Part shown: positions 39,909 to 52,860 of the stretch, one piece after another
Position numbering within the stretch: the stretch's first letter is position 1
Layout of the letters: every line of letters starts with the position of its first letter
Origin: Pseudovirgaria hyperparasitica
Lineage: Eukaryota
Length of the DNA stretch: 63,450 bases
NCBI GenBank assembly: GCA_010093815.1
Contig: ML996579.1
Strand: one strand, 5' to 3'
The notes under the pieces: model-generated
The model's input: only the letters and a program-made list of their open reading frames with translations
What the model was told of the DNA's origin: nothing
Database searches by the model: none
Position numbers and translations under genes: made by a program

Positions 39909-42900
39909 TCAACGAGCATAGGCGAGTACTCCCCGAAAATATTCCACTCCCCTTTCGCGTGCACACCTTAGCCAGCCATCTTCCATAAGCGGCAACTTCA
40001 CGATCTCGCTCTTGCTAATGGCGTCTTCACTTTGTACCCAGCCGGCTGTGATTCGTGCCATCTCCCAGACCGCCGCCCGCTCTTGTAGCCCCAGTTTGCC
40101 GTCCTCCAGGGTCTTGGTCATTTCAGATAGTGCGGCGACCAGGCGTTTCAGCACCATACCACGCTCTTCTTTCAAGACTGTCCCACGTGTAATAGCTCCA
40201 CGCCCGGTGTCCATCAGATAGATGAAGTCGAGGTATATCTGCCCACCTTGGCTCCAGTAACGCATGGTATTGCCAGTTCCTCCTGAAACAGCATCCTTGC
40301 CACATGTCGGCTTCCTGTGACTCTGCGGACGCTCGAATGCGCCAAGAAGTTGGCGAAGGATGACATAGTCTCGCGAAATTATGGCAGAGGGTGCGACCAC
40401 AGTGCATAGTACGTCATGTGCAGCAAAGTAGTCTGCGGCAGCCAAAAGGTGTTGAATCTCTAGGGTAGGATCCTGTAAGACCGCACGTGCATAAAGAGCC
40501 TTGGCGGAGTGTAGCCAATGCAATGGAAGTTGCAGAGTAGTGATCAGCAGTTCGCAATCAGACTTCAGTCGTTCATGTGCTGGTGAGGGGTCGGGCGTCG
40601 TCGGCAGGATCTCGAAATCGCCAGACTTCAATGTGAGAACTCTCCTTATGTTTGATTCGCGGAGGCTAGCACTGGAGAGATGCAAGTAAACAAATATGGA
40701 AGTCTTCCAGGCTTGAGTATCTTCGAGCATGGCTCCATATGTCAGGGTCAAGTCGTCAGATATGGCAACAGCGCCATGAGGGTCGCTTCCAATGCTGACG
40801 CTCTGCATTGAAGAGGTAGAGGACACCATGCTTGCGTCCAGTTTCGCTCGTTTTTGTTGCACTGGAAGCTTGATTTCCTTGCGAGTACGTAGTAGTGTAA
40901 TGAGCTGCCAGCTCAGGCGGGCATCCAGAGGGTTCCCCGAGGCATTAGCCGGTGCCAGGATCTCTTCAACATTGATTGGGATGTCCTTGAACTGTACAGC
41001 GTACAATTTGAGCAAACCCCATAGCAGATCTTCAATATGATCGGCAGCGCAGCCGCTGGACCTGTTGGTTTGCTGCTCCTCAGCAAACCATGGCACTGGC
41101 TTCACATATTCTCGGCCCTCTCGTAAGTCGCTTTCGTACTGTGCCACAGCCATCGCAATATCTTCTGATGGTAAAGTGCCATACCAAAGACGAAGGCCAA
41201 AGGCGCGACGCCAGTCCATTTTGAAGCGTGAGCTAATCCTGAAAGTGGTCGCTTTGTTTTCCGGCCCAGAGCCGCTTTTGCCATCAGAAGTAGAGCAGTT
41301 ACCTGCTAAGAGTTCGTAAATTGCACGAATTGTGTCTGTCATCTCAGATAGTACATTAAGAGTCCTCCACTCTTCAAGCTGACTACCAATCTCACGCCGC
41401 ATTGATTCGGAGCCGCCAATCTGAGCTACCATTGTAGCAAGATGTAAATTGCGCCCTTCGAGAAGTGAAATACACGCATCCGAGATGTTATGCGCAGACA
41501 ATTGTTGAAGAGCTTTTGTCTCCGAGACATTTGTCCTCTCCGCATGACTATCAGCGTCGACTTGTACGATGGACTGCCAGAATTCGGACAGGCGATCTTT
41601 TCGAAAAAGGGTCTCATATGCTGCAGACCGAGACTGGGGCATTGCTTCAGCTGTTTCTAAGTTTGGCTTGTCAAACAGAATGCTAGCCAGGTGCCAGACT
41701 TTCTGTTCGTAGGCTCCATCGCTTGTCGAGGTATCGACTCGAGCAGCAAAATCAGCGAAACTGAAGGGGACGCTGTGCTGTATGTATGGAATGTTATCGT
41801 CATCTTTGCGGATTTGGAAGAAGTTCTTTAAGTACACCATGGTGTCTGGGACAGCCTGACGAAAATTAGTCATGTCTGCGCTTCTTTTCAATACACCAAC
41901 TTTACATTTTTTGGTACTGCTACTTGCGCGTACCGAATGTCTTTTTGCTCGCCTACCAAAGGTTGATTTACGTTCACAACCATGCCCTCGTCTAAGGTTG
42001 GGGCGTTTGCGTTAATGGCGTAAACTAAGGTACCGTCGGGGCTCCAATGTGGCTTATTGCACTCGTGAAAGGCTTTGTCATTTCCGGTCAATTGACTCGC
42101 ATCTGTGACTTTGGGCTTCTTTGTGAAGGGGATCTATTGGACAGAGGGTTCAGCAATCATATCTTAGTTTCATGTTTACATACACTTGTTAAGCCATCCA
42201 GTAGGCAAAGAAAGGTCCACTAATAGCCCAAGCTTCGTAGGTGGTAGATGGCGAACATACGAGATTAAGGGAGTCAAACCTTTGAGCAGAGTCCATCTAC
42301 ATTTATTTTCGGTTGAGAATTAATAAGTGGCTTCTCGTCGCGTCCATAAAGGGAATTCATTATATCCATACTGGTGCGGAATGGTTTATCCTCGTCACTC
42401 AGTTTTTTCGGTTCGTGGAAGCTTAATTGTTTCTGCTGGAGAACGGTGCCTTGGGACTCTCTCAAAGCTTGTCGATCGCGCTTCGTGGGGCTGACGGTAA
42501 GTTGGAGCTGGGTAGTCCAATTATCTTGAAAGTCTACTAACTTCTTACTCGGTGTGCCTACCAGAGATCGACCTGTGCGACTTGTCTTGAGGATCGACTT
42601 TGGCGGACCCAAGCATTTCGTGGTCATTGCAGCAGCTGTAAGATGCTCCATGGTGGGTGCAGGTACGGGAAAGGATCCTGCCATTTCTTGATCCTTGTCC
42701 AACACCGATTCCCTCACGTCGAATGTGTCCCCATCTGGACCATTTTCAGGGAAAGAACCCATGGAGCGCTCATCTAAAAAAGACCGAGTGCTGTTGAGAG
42801 TATCGTCATGATCGTCAGCGTTGTGGTCCACCATAGGTTCATCTTCGAACCCGCCGGGAACGCTAGTCTTTCTTCGTCGCTGAAATTCAAATGTGTCGTC

Positions 42901-45900
42901 AAGCTCGGAGTCTACATCGCTGAAACCACTCAGGTCGTCCGCTGTGATTGTGGACAAGGGAGTCCTAACAGGCGTGCGAGTTTTTGGCGTTGGGGTGTCT
43001 GGAGGAGCGCTTAGCATGCTCGATTCCAAATCATCCTCCACGTTGCTGTCGTCTCCTTCAAAATCCATGCCGTATTTCGTGAAGTGGTCGACTCTAAAAG
43101 TCCATATACCTGTTTTCATGTCATAGTTGACAAATTGGGTATCAGGAACGCGCTTCAGTCTAGACACATGCTTCTCGAAACGGGGACCTTTGTTCTCATG
43201 AACTGGTAACCTCCCAGCTTTAGCACGAGGCCAAGAATTCTCAAGCACAATAGTGGAAGGGACATTCATCCCCATGCCGCGCGGGGGCTTTTTAACCGGA
43301 CCGTCCCCAGAATACACAGAGGCAGATCGGACTTCAATCTCAACAATACCGCCAGTGATCTTGTCCAATGGTGTTGAAGAAAGATCAGCTTCACTGAAGA
43401 TGACCTTGCCCGTGTTCACTCGACCTACCGTAAAATCTTTCACGTGCTTCAGCTGGTCACGGCTCATCTTTCGCAACTCAGCTATAGACGGTATCGTAAA
43501 GTATTCTGCGGGCTCTTTGTCTTTCATTGATTCCAGGGGATTTGGTTTAGCAGACTGTGCGGATGACGACATGTTCTCGGGTACGCTTGCTAAAGCCTTG
43601 CCATTGATAGAATCTCCTTCGGCATGGCTAAAGCCATGGACAGCTCCATTAGGCTTTGTAGCACTATCTTCGGCGGTAGTGCGCACTAAAGCTTGACTGT
43701 CACCTATTTCTGAAGTTTCAGTTCCAGCGCTCGTAGCAAAAGTCACACTCTTTACGTTTTTAGTGTTCTTGAGTGGGCTTGGTGCGATACCATTGTTGAC
43801 TTCAGCCGGCGTGAATAGATGGTGAGAGCCGTTCACGTTGCGATTGATGTGGAGCCGTTTCAGGCTACCTGAAGCATAACCGCGCGGGCTCGCAGTGAAC
43901 GCTCCAGGGGAGAGGATGCTGTCATCCGGTGTGAAGGAACCTCTAAGGTTGCTAGTGGAAAAGCTCTTGCCCAAAGACCTACTAAAGCTGGAGCCGTTCA
44001 GCAAGTTGGAAGCAAAGCTACCGGGACTAGCATTACTGGCAGCACTGCCAGGGGTACCATAGGTTGAGTAAGAGAAACCGAAACCAGTGGGCGGACGCTT
44101 TTGAGGGGTGATGAGACGAGTTGAAGCAGCCGGGTTCAACTTGTGTTGCGGTAGAATGGCATTTTTTTTGGCCATGTGGTTGCCTTTGAGGGGGGTCGCA
44201 ATTGGGCCAACACTCTGAGATGGATTCTCGAGATGTGCAAAGAGCTGCTCGTTGCCATAGGGCAAGTTGTCGAGGCTAGCCACCAAGCCTTGAGGCCGAT
44301 TTTGCGTGTTCTGGGAGCCAAACAAGCTGTGGTTCATTTGAGGCTGGGGCTGCTGCTGATGCTGAGAACCTCCAAAAAGACCTCCATTCGACCCTGTATT
44401 TTGCTGTTGAGCTTGATTCTGGCTCCCAAAGAGACCATTACCACCGGTCGAGTTGGTTCCGCCAAATAATGACAATTTGCCTTGGTTTTGATTCTGCTGG
44501 CCGAACAAGCCCGTTGCCTGGTTTTGCTGATTTTGATTGCTCAGGCCACCGAACAGTCCATTATTAGTATTGGTCGCTGCCGGCTGCGAACCAAAGAGAC
44601 CAGTAGTACCTGTGGGCTTTTGGCCAAACAGACCACCGTTTGCAGGTTGATTTTGGTTGTTAGTAGCACCGAATAAACCACCACCAGTATTCTGTTGTTG
44701 ACTATTCTGACCAAATAGACTACTTCCAGTCGCTGCGCTCGTTTGGGCACCAAAAAGACCTGGCTTCGGTGGATTATTGTTGTTTGTCTGACCAAAAGTA
44801 CCACCGCCTCCAAATAGACCTCCAGAAGGCTGTTGAGCACTTTGCTGCTGATTGTTCTGACCAAAGCTACTTCCGAATGCAGAATTTGTATTCTGTTGTT
44901 GGTTATTTGCTCCGAAACCAGTATTGGTATTTTGTTGCTGTCCGAAGAGACCACTGCCTGTTGAGGTAGAAGTGCTTTGTCCAAAACCAGTAGTGTTGTT
45001 TGTGTTGGAGCCAAATGTACCCGTTCCTGTACTAGCTCCAAATCCTCCAAATGCAGGTTTATTTTGAGCCTGATTGTTGTTGTTGTTGGCGCCGAAGAGC
45101 CCTCCAGTTGGTGGAACGCTTCCGAAGGCGCCAGTGGCACCATTACTCACTCCAAATCCAGTGTTGCCACTGCTTGATCCGAACAGTCCACCTCCAGCTG
45201 TTCCAGAAGTTGCCGCGCCTCCAAAGAGACCTGAACTAGCTGGTTTGTTCTGACCGAAGAGCCCACCTGCTGGGGTATTGCCGAACGTGGACGTGTTATT
45301 TGCTTGCCCAAAGCCAGCAGGCTGCTGAGGCTGCTGATTATTGTTATTGTTGTTGTTCCCGAATAGCCCTCCACCGGTTGTGTTTGTACCAAATCCTCCG
45401 GTGGCAGCGGTGTTAGTGGTACCTCCGAAGCCACCAAAACCACTGCTTTGGCCGAACGTACCACCTTGTCCATTTGTAGTCCCATATCTCTTGCCCTTAT
45501 TGTAGTCCACTAGTCTCAGCTCCTCCTGCGAGAAGTTCTTGTATTGATCCATGGTGGATATGCTTTGATAGGACACGGAGGCAGCGCCGGGAGCTTGTCC
45601 ATCCTTTTCATTCACAGGCTGGAATGGCACAGCATCTGTCCCATTGTTCTGGGTAGTATTTGCACCAAAGCCAGTGGACCCACCGCCGAACGTGTTGTTA
45701 TTGCTTCCAAACCCTGTGTTTGCACTCCCAAAGAGTCCTCCTCCCGTTGGAGTTCCACTTCCAAAGGTAGGTTTCGCAGTTCCAAAGACACCACCACTGG
45801 TGCCTGTGCTACCAAAACCGCCAGATGTTTGGTTGTTGTTCTGGCCGAAGGCGCCGAAGCCTGTCGAAGTAGCAGCATTGTTGTTACCTCCAAAAAGCCC

Positions 45901-46482
45901 TGTCCCGCCAAAAGTTGGTTTATTCGCACCAAACCCGGAAGAAGTATTGTTATTGTTGCCAAAACCTTAATTGTAGTCAGCGAATGCTCCGAATATAGTC
46001 ATTCACACCTCGACGAAGCCCAATGAGCCGACGCGTTTCCGCACACATTTGTTGCCTATCCACAGCATAGGAACGCAACGAGGGACTCATTGCAGGAAAG
46101 AGAAGCTGACAAACAATAATGAAGGGCACATGGTAAGGATGTAGCGAGATTTACGTACCTCCAGTATTACCACCAAAGCCTCCACCAGTAGATCCGAAGG
46201 CGCCAGTGTTGTTGTTGTTATTGTTGTTGTTGTTGTTTGCACCGAAACCAATGTTCGCAGACGCTCCGAAGCCTGTAGAAAGAAGATTAAATCAGAACCT
46301 GGATGCTGTATTTGCGGGATCGCATTGGTATAGAAGGTATATATGACTGAGAAATATACAAATGAAACAGAGTCTAACTTACCAGTACTGTTATTATTGT
46401 TGTTCTGTCCAAATCCGCCAAAGCCGGTGTTCTGCTGCTGACTGTTCGCGCCGAAGCCGCCGAAACCACCGAAGCCAGACAT
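39909..46482 (-). CDS. NUP98: Nucleoporin Nup98-Nup96 precursor (exons 46482-46383, 46272-46159, 45965-42280, 42133-41906, 41855-39909)
   Basis: GLFG/FG repeats, GLEBS motif ([11 protein letters not shown]), autoprotease domain ending [12 protein letters not shown], Nup96 C-terminal domain ([13 protein letters not shown]); GT-AG introns restore the frame. Confidence 0.95.
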
Positions 46483-46844
46483 GGTCGCGAAATAGACTGC
46501 GTGACGAGAAGAAAGATCGCTCCGCCTGTATCGGACACAGAATGAAGAGTAGGTAGCGTGACAGACAAGATAAGGCTCGTTGCGTTAGCTGCACTGAAGT
46601 GGAATATCGGATCGCGCGAACACGCGCCCTGTCGTATTTTTGGGCCGATGAGAGAAGACGTACAGGTCGAAAGCAGGACCAGACGTGTGACGAATAGATG
46701 TAGCACTCAACTCGTCGTGTAATGACGGATATCGAGGCGTTGTAATTTGAACATGAAGATGAAGGGTGGCGGTCGCAAAGGAAAGTTGACTTGTCGTGTG
46801 GTTCGGGCGTTATGATCCTGACGCTAGGCCATGAAGATCCATCG

Positions 46845-46921
46845 AAGGCAGCAACAAGGCAGCAACAAGGCAGCAACAAGGCAGCAACAAGGCAACAACA
46901 AGGCAGCAACAAGGCAGCAAC
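46845..46921. repeat. Minisatellite (AAGGCAGCAAC) x7
   Basis: 11-bp unit read directly; one variant unit aaggcaacaac. Confidence 0.9.
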
Positions 46922-47244
46922 AACACTATGGCTCACCCTGGACGAGTAGTATACGTGTAGCTGTCGAAATGCTCAGACTTAGGATATGGGTATTTGCTAG
47001 ATCCTCATTGACTACTATGACGGATGCAGATATAATTGAATGGAATCAGCCTCATACTAATGCTAAATATCTATTTTTGTAGCCTGGATGTTCTTCACAA
47101 TCGAGCAAGTTTATCAGCATTCCCGATTGACAAAGAAGACCTGAGTCGGTGAATGCATCCGCCGTGAGCGTGCCTCGCTATATACTGCTGGTACGTATAT
47201 GATGGGACAGACGACTCTTCGTGACACAGAGATGACGATGCATC

Positions 47245-48333
47245 TTACTTGCTGCGCTTGTAAATTTTTCGCAAAAACTCTTCGAACACCCCCTTCTTCA
47301 AGCCTTCTGACTCGTCCAGGCTGTCGATCTTCTTACGCAGCTCAGTAACGCGGTCTTCTTCGAACTCGTGATATACCTGCTCAAGCTTCAATTCTGCGTA
47401 TAATGCCTTGACTTTGGCTTCTGCGGCATCGTCTTTGCGACCATAGTGATCCTCAAGAAGTTTTCTCTGCTCCGGGGACGCAAGCTTCAGGGCTTGATTC
47501 ACCAGCCAAGAACACTTGTTGTCCTGAATATCCGTGCCGATCTTGCCAAGGACTTCAGGGTCGGCAAAGGCATCCAGATAATCGTCCTGGGCTTGGAAGT
47601 ATTCGCCCATCGGGATGAGGATGTCATGTGCTTGTTTCAGGTTCTTTACTGTGGCGAACCCGCAGAAATATAGAGAGAGCGCCACAGGAAGATAGAAGCT
47701 GTAGTAAGCTGTCTTAAAGATGACAATGAAGGAGAACTTCTCCAGGCTGAAGTTGTTAAGATTGACGTCGTCTTCCGGGGCAGTAAGGAGATCACACTGC
47801 TGTCCGAGCTCTGTCTGGAAGGTGACTTCGTGGAATAGCTCCATGAGGTCAACATACGATTGCTCTTGTTTGAAGTGTTTTTTGAGGAGAACATAGATGG
47901 AAGCCTCGAGCATGAATGCATCATTGATGGCAATCATCCCTACGCCCGGGCATAGATACCAGCAAGGCTGACCACGGCGAGTCTTAGATGCGTCCATTAT
48001 ATCGTCAGATACGAGGAAGAAAGCCTGAAGAAGCTCTATCATCCATCCCAAAGCTGCAGACCTAAAGTATTCTTCCTCGTTGAGGGTTTTGCCGAGTAGA
48101 AGGGAGGAGGTATCAACAACGGACATGCCACGATTGCATTTGCCGCCTACGGTGTTGTAGTTGAGTTGCTATGAATATATTAGTCAACGGAGCTCGAATA
48201 CACCAGATAGGTAACATACCTTCTCGAACCAGTCCACTGCCTGCTTAGGAAGGCCATACTGCTTGGTAGAGCCGACAATATCCTGGCACAGACGAGGCCA
48301 AACGCCCTCAAATTCTGTGAGAGTTGTAGGCAT
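47245..48333 (-). CDS. ERG20: Farnesyl diphosphate synthase (exons 48333-48220, 48168-47245)
   Basis: [69 protein letters not shown] intron. Confidence 0.96.
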
Positions 48334-48670
48334 GGTCGTAAAGTGTAAGCTATAGAATTCAAGAGATAGAATGAGACTCAGTCGCTCAATTGACTTAGTG
48401 GGGCAAGCGTGTTAGGGTTCCAAGTAATTAGGCAGGGCAAGACGAAATGACCATAAACAGAAGAGACGGGTTGAAGCAGATACCAGGGCTCGGTCCGCTG
48501 CTCAATGCAGGAAGCCCGAAGAGCTCAAGGGTCCAAAAGAAAGTCCGTAAAACTACTAGACACCCAACCTATGATGAATTATATACTAAGACCAAAGGAA
48601 CCCGCGAACCCTATATCATAGGGAGCGCAAAAGGTAGTACTATAAGTAGACACGGTAGCTATAACACCAT

Positions 48671-48752
48671 AGTAATAATAATAATAATATTATTATTATT
48701 ATATAACTAGATAGAGTAGTACTCTATAGATATATACCTTCTCTAGTCTAAG
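48671..48752 (-). mobile_element. Tiny LINE 3'-end fragment with tail
   Basis: Reverse complement of the LINE 3' terminus (cttagactagagaagg...ctctatctagttatataata + tail), cf. 11563-11637. Confidence 0.8.
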
Positions 48753-48990
48753 TATAAGAATTAAGTAAATAGATAGTAGTATAGCTAGATAGAGTAATAG
48801 AGTATATTCTATTATAGAATAAATTACTACTAAATCCTTTTAGTAGTAATTAAAGAGTATATATATAGATATAAGAGATACTAATCTATCTAGTATATAA
48901 CTATTTACTACTAATTATACTACTATCTCTAACTATCTTAGCTAAGATATATATAAATCTAGTCTAGTAGTCTTTAGCTAATTTCTAATA
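48753..48990 (-). repeat. Degenerate isolated LTR related to the Gypsy family
   Basis: Aligns by eye to 57203-57430 (tataagaat...tattctattatagaataaattactactaaatccttttagtag...ttctaata). Confidence 0.7.
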
Positions 48991-49287
48991 ATTAATATAA
49001 AACTTATAGTTCTAGTATAGATATAATATTTACTCTTAGAGTAGTAGACTAAGTAGTTATTACTTTATATATAGATTCTTATATTTTAAATAATATTAAA
49101 AATATATTAATATTTATCTTACTTAGATTATACTAGATACCTTACTAATACTTTATATATTCTTTAAAAATTAGTCTTTTATATATATAAGTTACTAAAG
49201 TAATTAAAATTTTTAGAAGTAATATTTTTAAAGAGTAATATATACTTTTTAGGCATGTAGTAATTCTAAATATAGTCTATCTCTACA

Positions 49288-50650
49288 TTAATACGGATGG
49301 AACCCTCCTTTTTTTCCCTTCGCCTTTCTCCCTTGCCGTCCCTCCTTCGCACTCGAGGTAGTACTGTAAGGTGAACTAGGCTGTTTCCAAGCCTTGACTT
49401 GACCGTCTTCTCCACACGTGAACACAGTCGATGTCTATCAGTATGAGTCCCTAGCTGCAAATGTAAAATATGAGTGCTTACGGGTGCATCAACCAAGACA
49501 TCTCGCACAATGTCGTCCCCATGAGCGCCAGCAAGCTCCCACGTGACATCCACGCTATCCGCCAAAGGGAACGGATATAGTGTCAAACTCTGCCGACTAT
49601 GACTTCCAGCAGCAACGAAGGGGGCATCAGAGTCTCCATAGACTATGTTAACTATGTACTCACAGCCAAGTCTCTCGCGTAGGTCACCGTGATGGGTCGG
49701 GTCGGGGTCCACTGCGATTTCGTCTGGGCCCTGTAGGCTGTACGTGGACAATACTTCGTCTGTACTAAGGGCATATATACTGTTTGATTGACGGAGGAAG
49801 CCTGCATGATGGACGGCAGATTTATGATTTATAATCTGATGCAGGGCATCCTCTTCATTCGGCTGCTCAGTCTCGAAGACGTTGACAAGCCCATCAGTTG
49901 CGCAGGAAAGAAGTAGAGAAGGGTGTGTTGAACTGAAATGTAGCTGATTCAGTCAGAGATGGCGTAAGGGCTACAAATGGCATCTGTCTGGGAAGCAGCG
50001 ACACTCACGTCAGTTATGGTGTCATTGTGAGATTCGAGCAATTCCAGTTTGGGCCTTGCAACGTTTCGCATGTCCCTTGAAATTAAAAATTAGCATACCT
50101 TATTGGAGAGAAAGAGTTCAACTACAGCATGCCCCTACTTGAGACAATGCACAAGTTGTTCGTTGTCTTACCATATGAACACAGGAGCCTCTCCTGGAGG
50201 ATTACAATCAAGCTCCACCCCAGCGGCAATTGTACTTGATAATGGGTTCCATTCTAGAGCCGATAGAGGAAGTCCCCTTGCTACTGGCATCATTAGTACC
50301 AATAAACACTGAGTCAGAAGGATGCGCATACGAGCTTTGATTTGCGACACATTTTTATGACTCCTCAGATCCCAGCAATTTATTTCCCCGTCTCTCCCGC
50401 AAGTAGATAGGACATTGCCATCAGCAGAAGCCCTCTTTAAGCAAGTTACACTTCGATTAACGAGCGTAAACAGTCCGTCTGGTAGGAGGAGCTGCAGGGT
50501 GGTAGCGTCAATGAGTCGTAAACTATCATCAGACGAGATGATTGCGAGACGCCCATTAGCGTTGAAAGGTGCCGTCGACACAATCGAGTAGACATATGTA
50601 TCGGATGGCAATCCGAGGTTCGTTGATGCGATGGGTGTAAGCCTGCTCAT
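49288..50650 (-). CDS. WD40-repeat protein, WDR89-like (multi-exon)
   Basis: WD segments (LSTCGRDGEINCWDLR, SHNDTIT, GAHGDDIVRD, VFTCGEDGQVKAW) and basic C-terminus ending FHPY*; internal exon borders not fully mapped. Confidence 0.8.
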
Positions 50651-51448
50651 AATGAGGAGTTGTTCTCATTCAACTTGTGTGCAAATTCTTTAGTGGGACT
50701 ACTCAGATTCATATTGGGCACGTCGCGTGTCCATCTGGCCAAGCGGAAATGATGGATATGGGAAAAGGTGTCATTATGCGAAGAACAATACGAGAGTATA
50801 GAAGCCCAAGATCACATCATTGAAGAAAGTCTAACCAGTCAGAAAATTGCGTAGTGACTGACCTACGACGACATCAGAGCACGAGGGCTCGGCCATGTAG
50901 AGTAGGTAGAGCAAGACAACCAGAACACGCGACAACACCAGGGCTGACGTGGATTGCAATCAACACAGTGCTTTCAGCATCGCAGTAACGTATACACGAG
51001 TGTAAAATTATGAAATGGTATGACCTTCTACTATTTGAATGTCACCCTGGATATGAAACACATTCTCCCATGGGTAGAGCAAGTAATGTGTGATTAACTG
51101 CGGGTTGTCTCTCTTGAGTCCTCGTATGCAGCAGATTGATGCCAACAGAATATTGGCTCCCAGCTAGACCGCCATCGATTCATTCCGTGTGGCATAGATG
51201 GCGGCTTGGAGGTCCCTTGGGGGAGAAACAGAAACAAAGGTCGAGAAGATCTTAAGTAGGCGAAAGTTTCTGCGCAATGCCCGAGGTTTATCCGATGATG
51301 AAGACCGGCTTATCTGAGGGTTACTCAAGCGTCCAGCTGTATTATGTATACTATACGAGTCGGCTATTATACGATATATCTAAGCCGCCTTACTAAGTAA
51401 TATTGAATAAGCTTAAAGCACGTGTATATCCGTAGTCTATGAGGTTTA

Positions 51449-51768
51449 AATCAGTCAAAAACACGTTGTAATTAGTGCTGTTTTGAAGCCTGTAAGGTCA
51501 AAAACAGTCAAAATCTGTCTAAACACGTGTAATCAGTGTTGTTTTGAAGCCTGTCAGGTCAAAATCAGTCAAAATCAGTCAAAACACGTGTAATCAGTGT
51601 TATTTTGAAGCCTGTAAGGTCAAAATCAGTCAAAAGCACGTGTAATCAGTCAAAAGCACGTGTAATCAGTCAAAAGCACGTGTAATCAGTCAAAAGCACG
51701 TGTAATCAGTCAAAAGCACGTGTATAAGTGTTGTTTTAAAGCCTACAAGGTCAAAATTAGTTAAAATC
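51449..51768. repeat. Compound minisatellite: ~60-bp unit x4 with an internal 20-bp expansion (AATCAGTCAAAAGCACGTGT) x5
   Basis: Read directly; contains repeated CACGTG. Confidence 0.9.
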
Positions 51769-51780
51769 ATATATAATAAA

Positions 51781-51794
51781 GAGAGAGAGGGGGA

Positions 51795-51860
<66 letters not shown>
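51781..51860. repeat. (GA)n microsatellite
   Basis: Long pure GA run at ~51799-51860. Confidence 0.97.
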
Positions 51861-51863
<3 letters not shown>

Positions 51864-52128
51864 ATAAGAGGCGGATAGAAGGGTACCGGAGATTACTTCG
51901 GCTAAACTAATGACTACATGATTACTCAGTAAATCTCTGTTTCGAACGTTTAGAACACTAAAATACGCTGGACGCTTGAGGAACCCTCGCTTATCTTGGC
52001 TCTGATGACTGGTAAGCCTCGGCCAGATGAAACTGGAACACCCGACAACGACCTGCTGGACCGATCTCGACAAGTCGACATCACCATTCATCCTTGTGCG
52101 AACCGTCAATCTGTCATATATCGCAAAG

Positions 52129-52741
52129 ATGACAGCCCCTCGTGCGCTCCAGCTCGGACTTCGCCGCACTGGCTTGGGTGTCAAGTCGACTTTCAATGGA
52201 TTCAAATCGCGAATTGCTCAGCGGAGGTATGTACACTATACGATCTACCAACTACCAGAATAATGCGATAGGTCTTGGTCTAACATTCCCATTCCTCAGG
52301 GTCGCCAGTACACAGACTACCTCTGAGTCCGCCGCTGCCGATAATATTCTCGTAAAACAGCGTCTTGCACGTCCTGTGTCTCCGCACCTAGGCATCTACC
52401 AAGCGAACATCGCTATGTACGGCTCGGCCTTCAATCGCATCACAGGGTCTATCTTATCCGGCGCGTTTTATATCTTCGGCTTTGCATACCTCGCTGCACC
52501 CACTATCGGCTGGCATATAGAAACTCCTAGCATGGTAGCTGCGGTTGGCAGCTGGCCGATTTGGGCTAAAATTGCGACCAAGTTTAGTGTCGCATTCCCT
52601 TTCCTGTTTCACTCCCTGAACGGTGTGAGGCATTTGGTCTGGGATACTGGTCGAGGATTTGCGACCAAGACAACCGCAAGGAGTGGTTGGGTTGTCGTTG
52701 CGGCATCAGTCGTGGGTAGCGCTATCTTGACGTCTGTGTAG
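52129..52741 (+). CDS. SDH3: Succinate dehydrogenase cytochrome b560 subunit (exons 52129-52226, 52300-52741)
   Basis: Mitochondrial presequence; QRLARPVSPHLGIY, NRITG and FHSLNGVRHLVWD motifs; GTATGT..CTAAC..CAG intron. Confidence 0.95.
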
Positions 52742-52860
52742 ATACAATATAAAGCAGCGTATATAGCAATTGAAGCAGGAATCTCATGGTGACAACCCGT
52801 CTGATGAGTTTATTGTATTCCATAGGTATGTGCGGTAGCTTATAAAGGGTCTCGTACATG

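Noticed and set aside
39210..39966. Short ORFs between the convergent hypothetical gene and NUP98
   Set aside because: No recognisable motifs or consistent exon structure; probably 3' UTR or intergenic
43070..43092. Autoproteolysis motif HFT instead of HFS in Nup98-96
   Set aside because: A Thr nucleophile is usual in filamentous-ascomycete orthologues, so it is not novel
46374..47082. ORFs with LLLPCCCLVAA or RQQQGSNKAAT repeats
   Set aside because: Translations of the 11-bp minisatellite
51626..51725. CRISPR-like or point-centromere (CDEI) reading of the 20-bp repeats
   Set aside because: Head-to-tail repeats without spacers in a eukaryotic locus; no CDEII/CDEIII, and filamentous ascomycetes have regional centromeres
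51690..52205. 171-aa minus-strand ORF with an (SL)n run
   Set aside because: Product of the (GA)n microsatellite and antisense to SDH3
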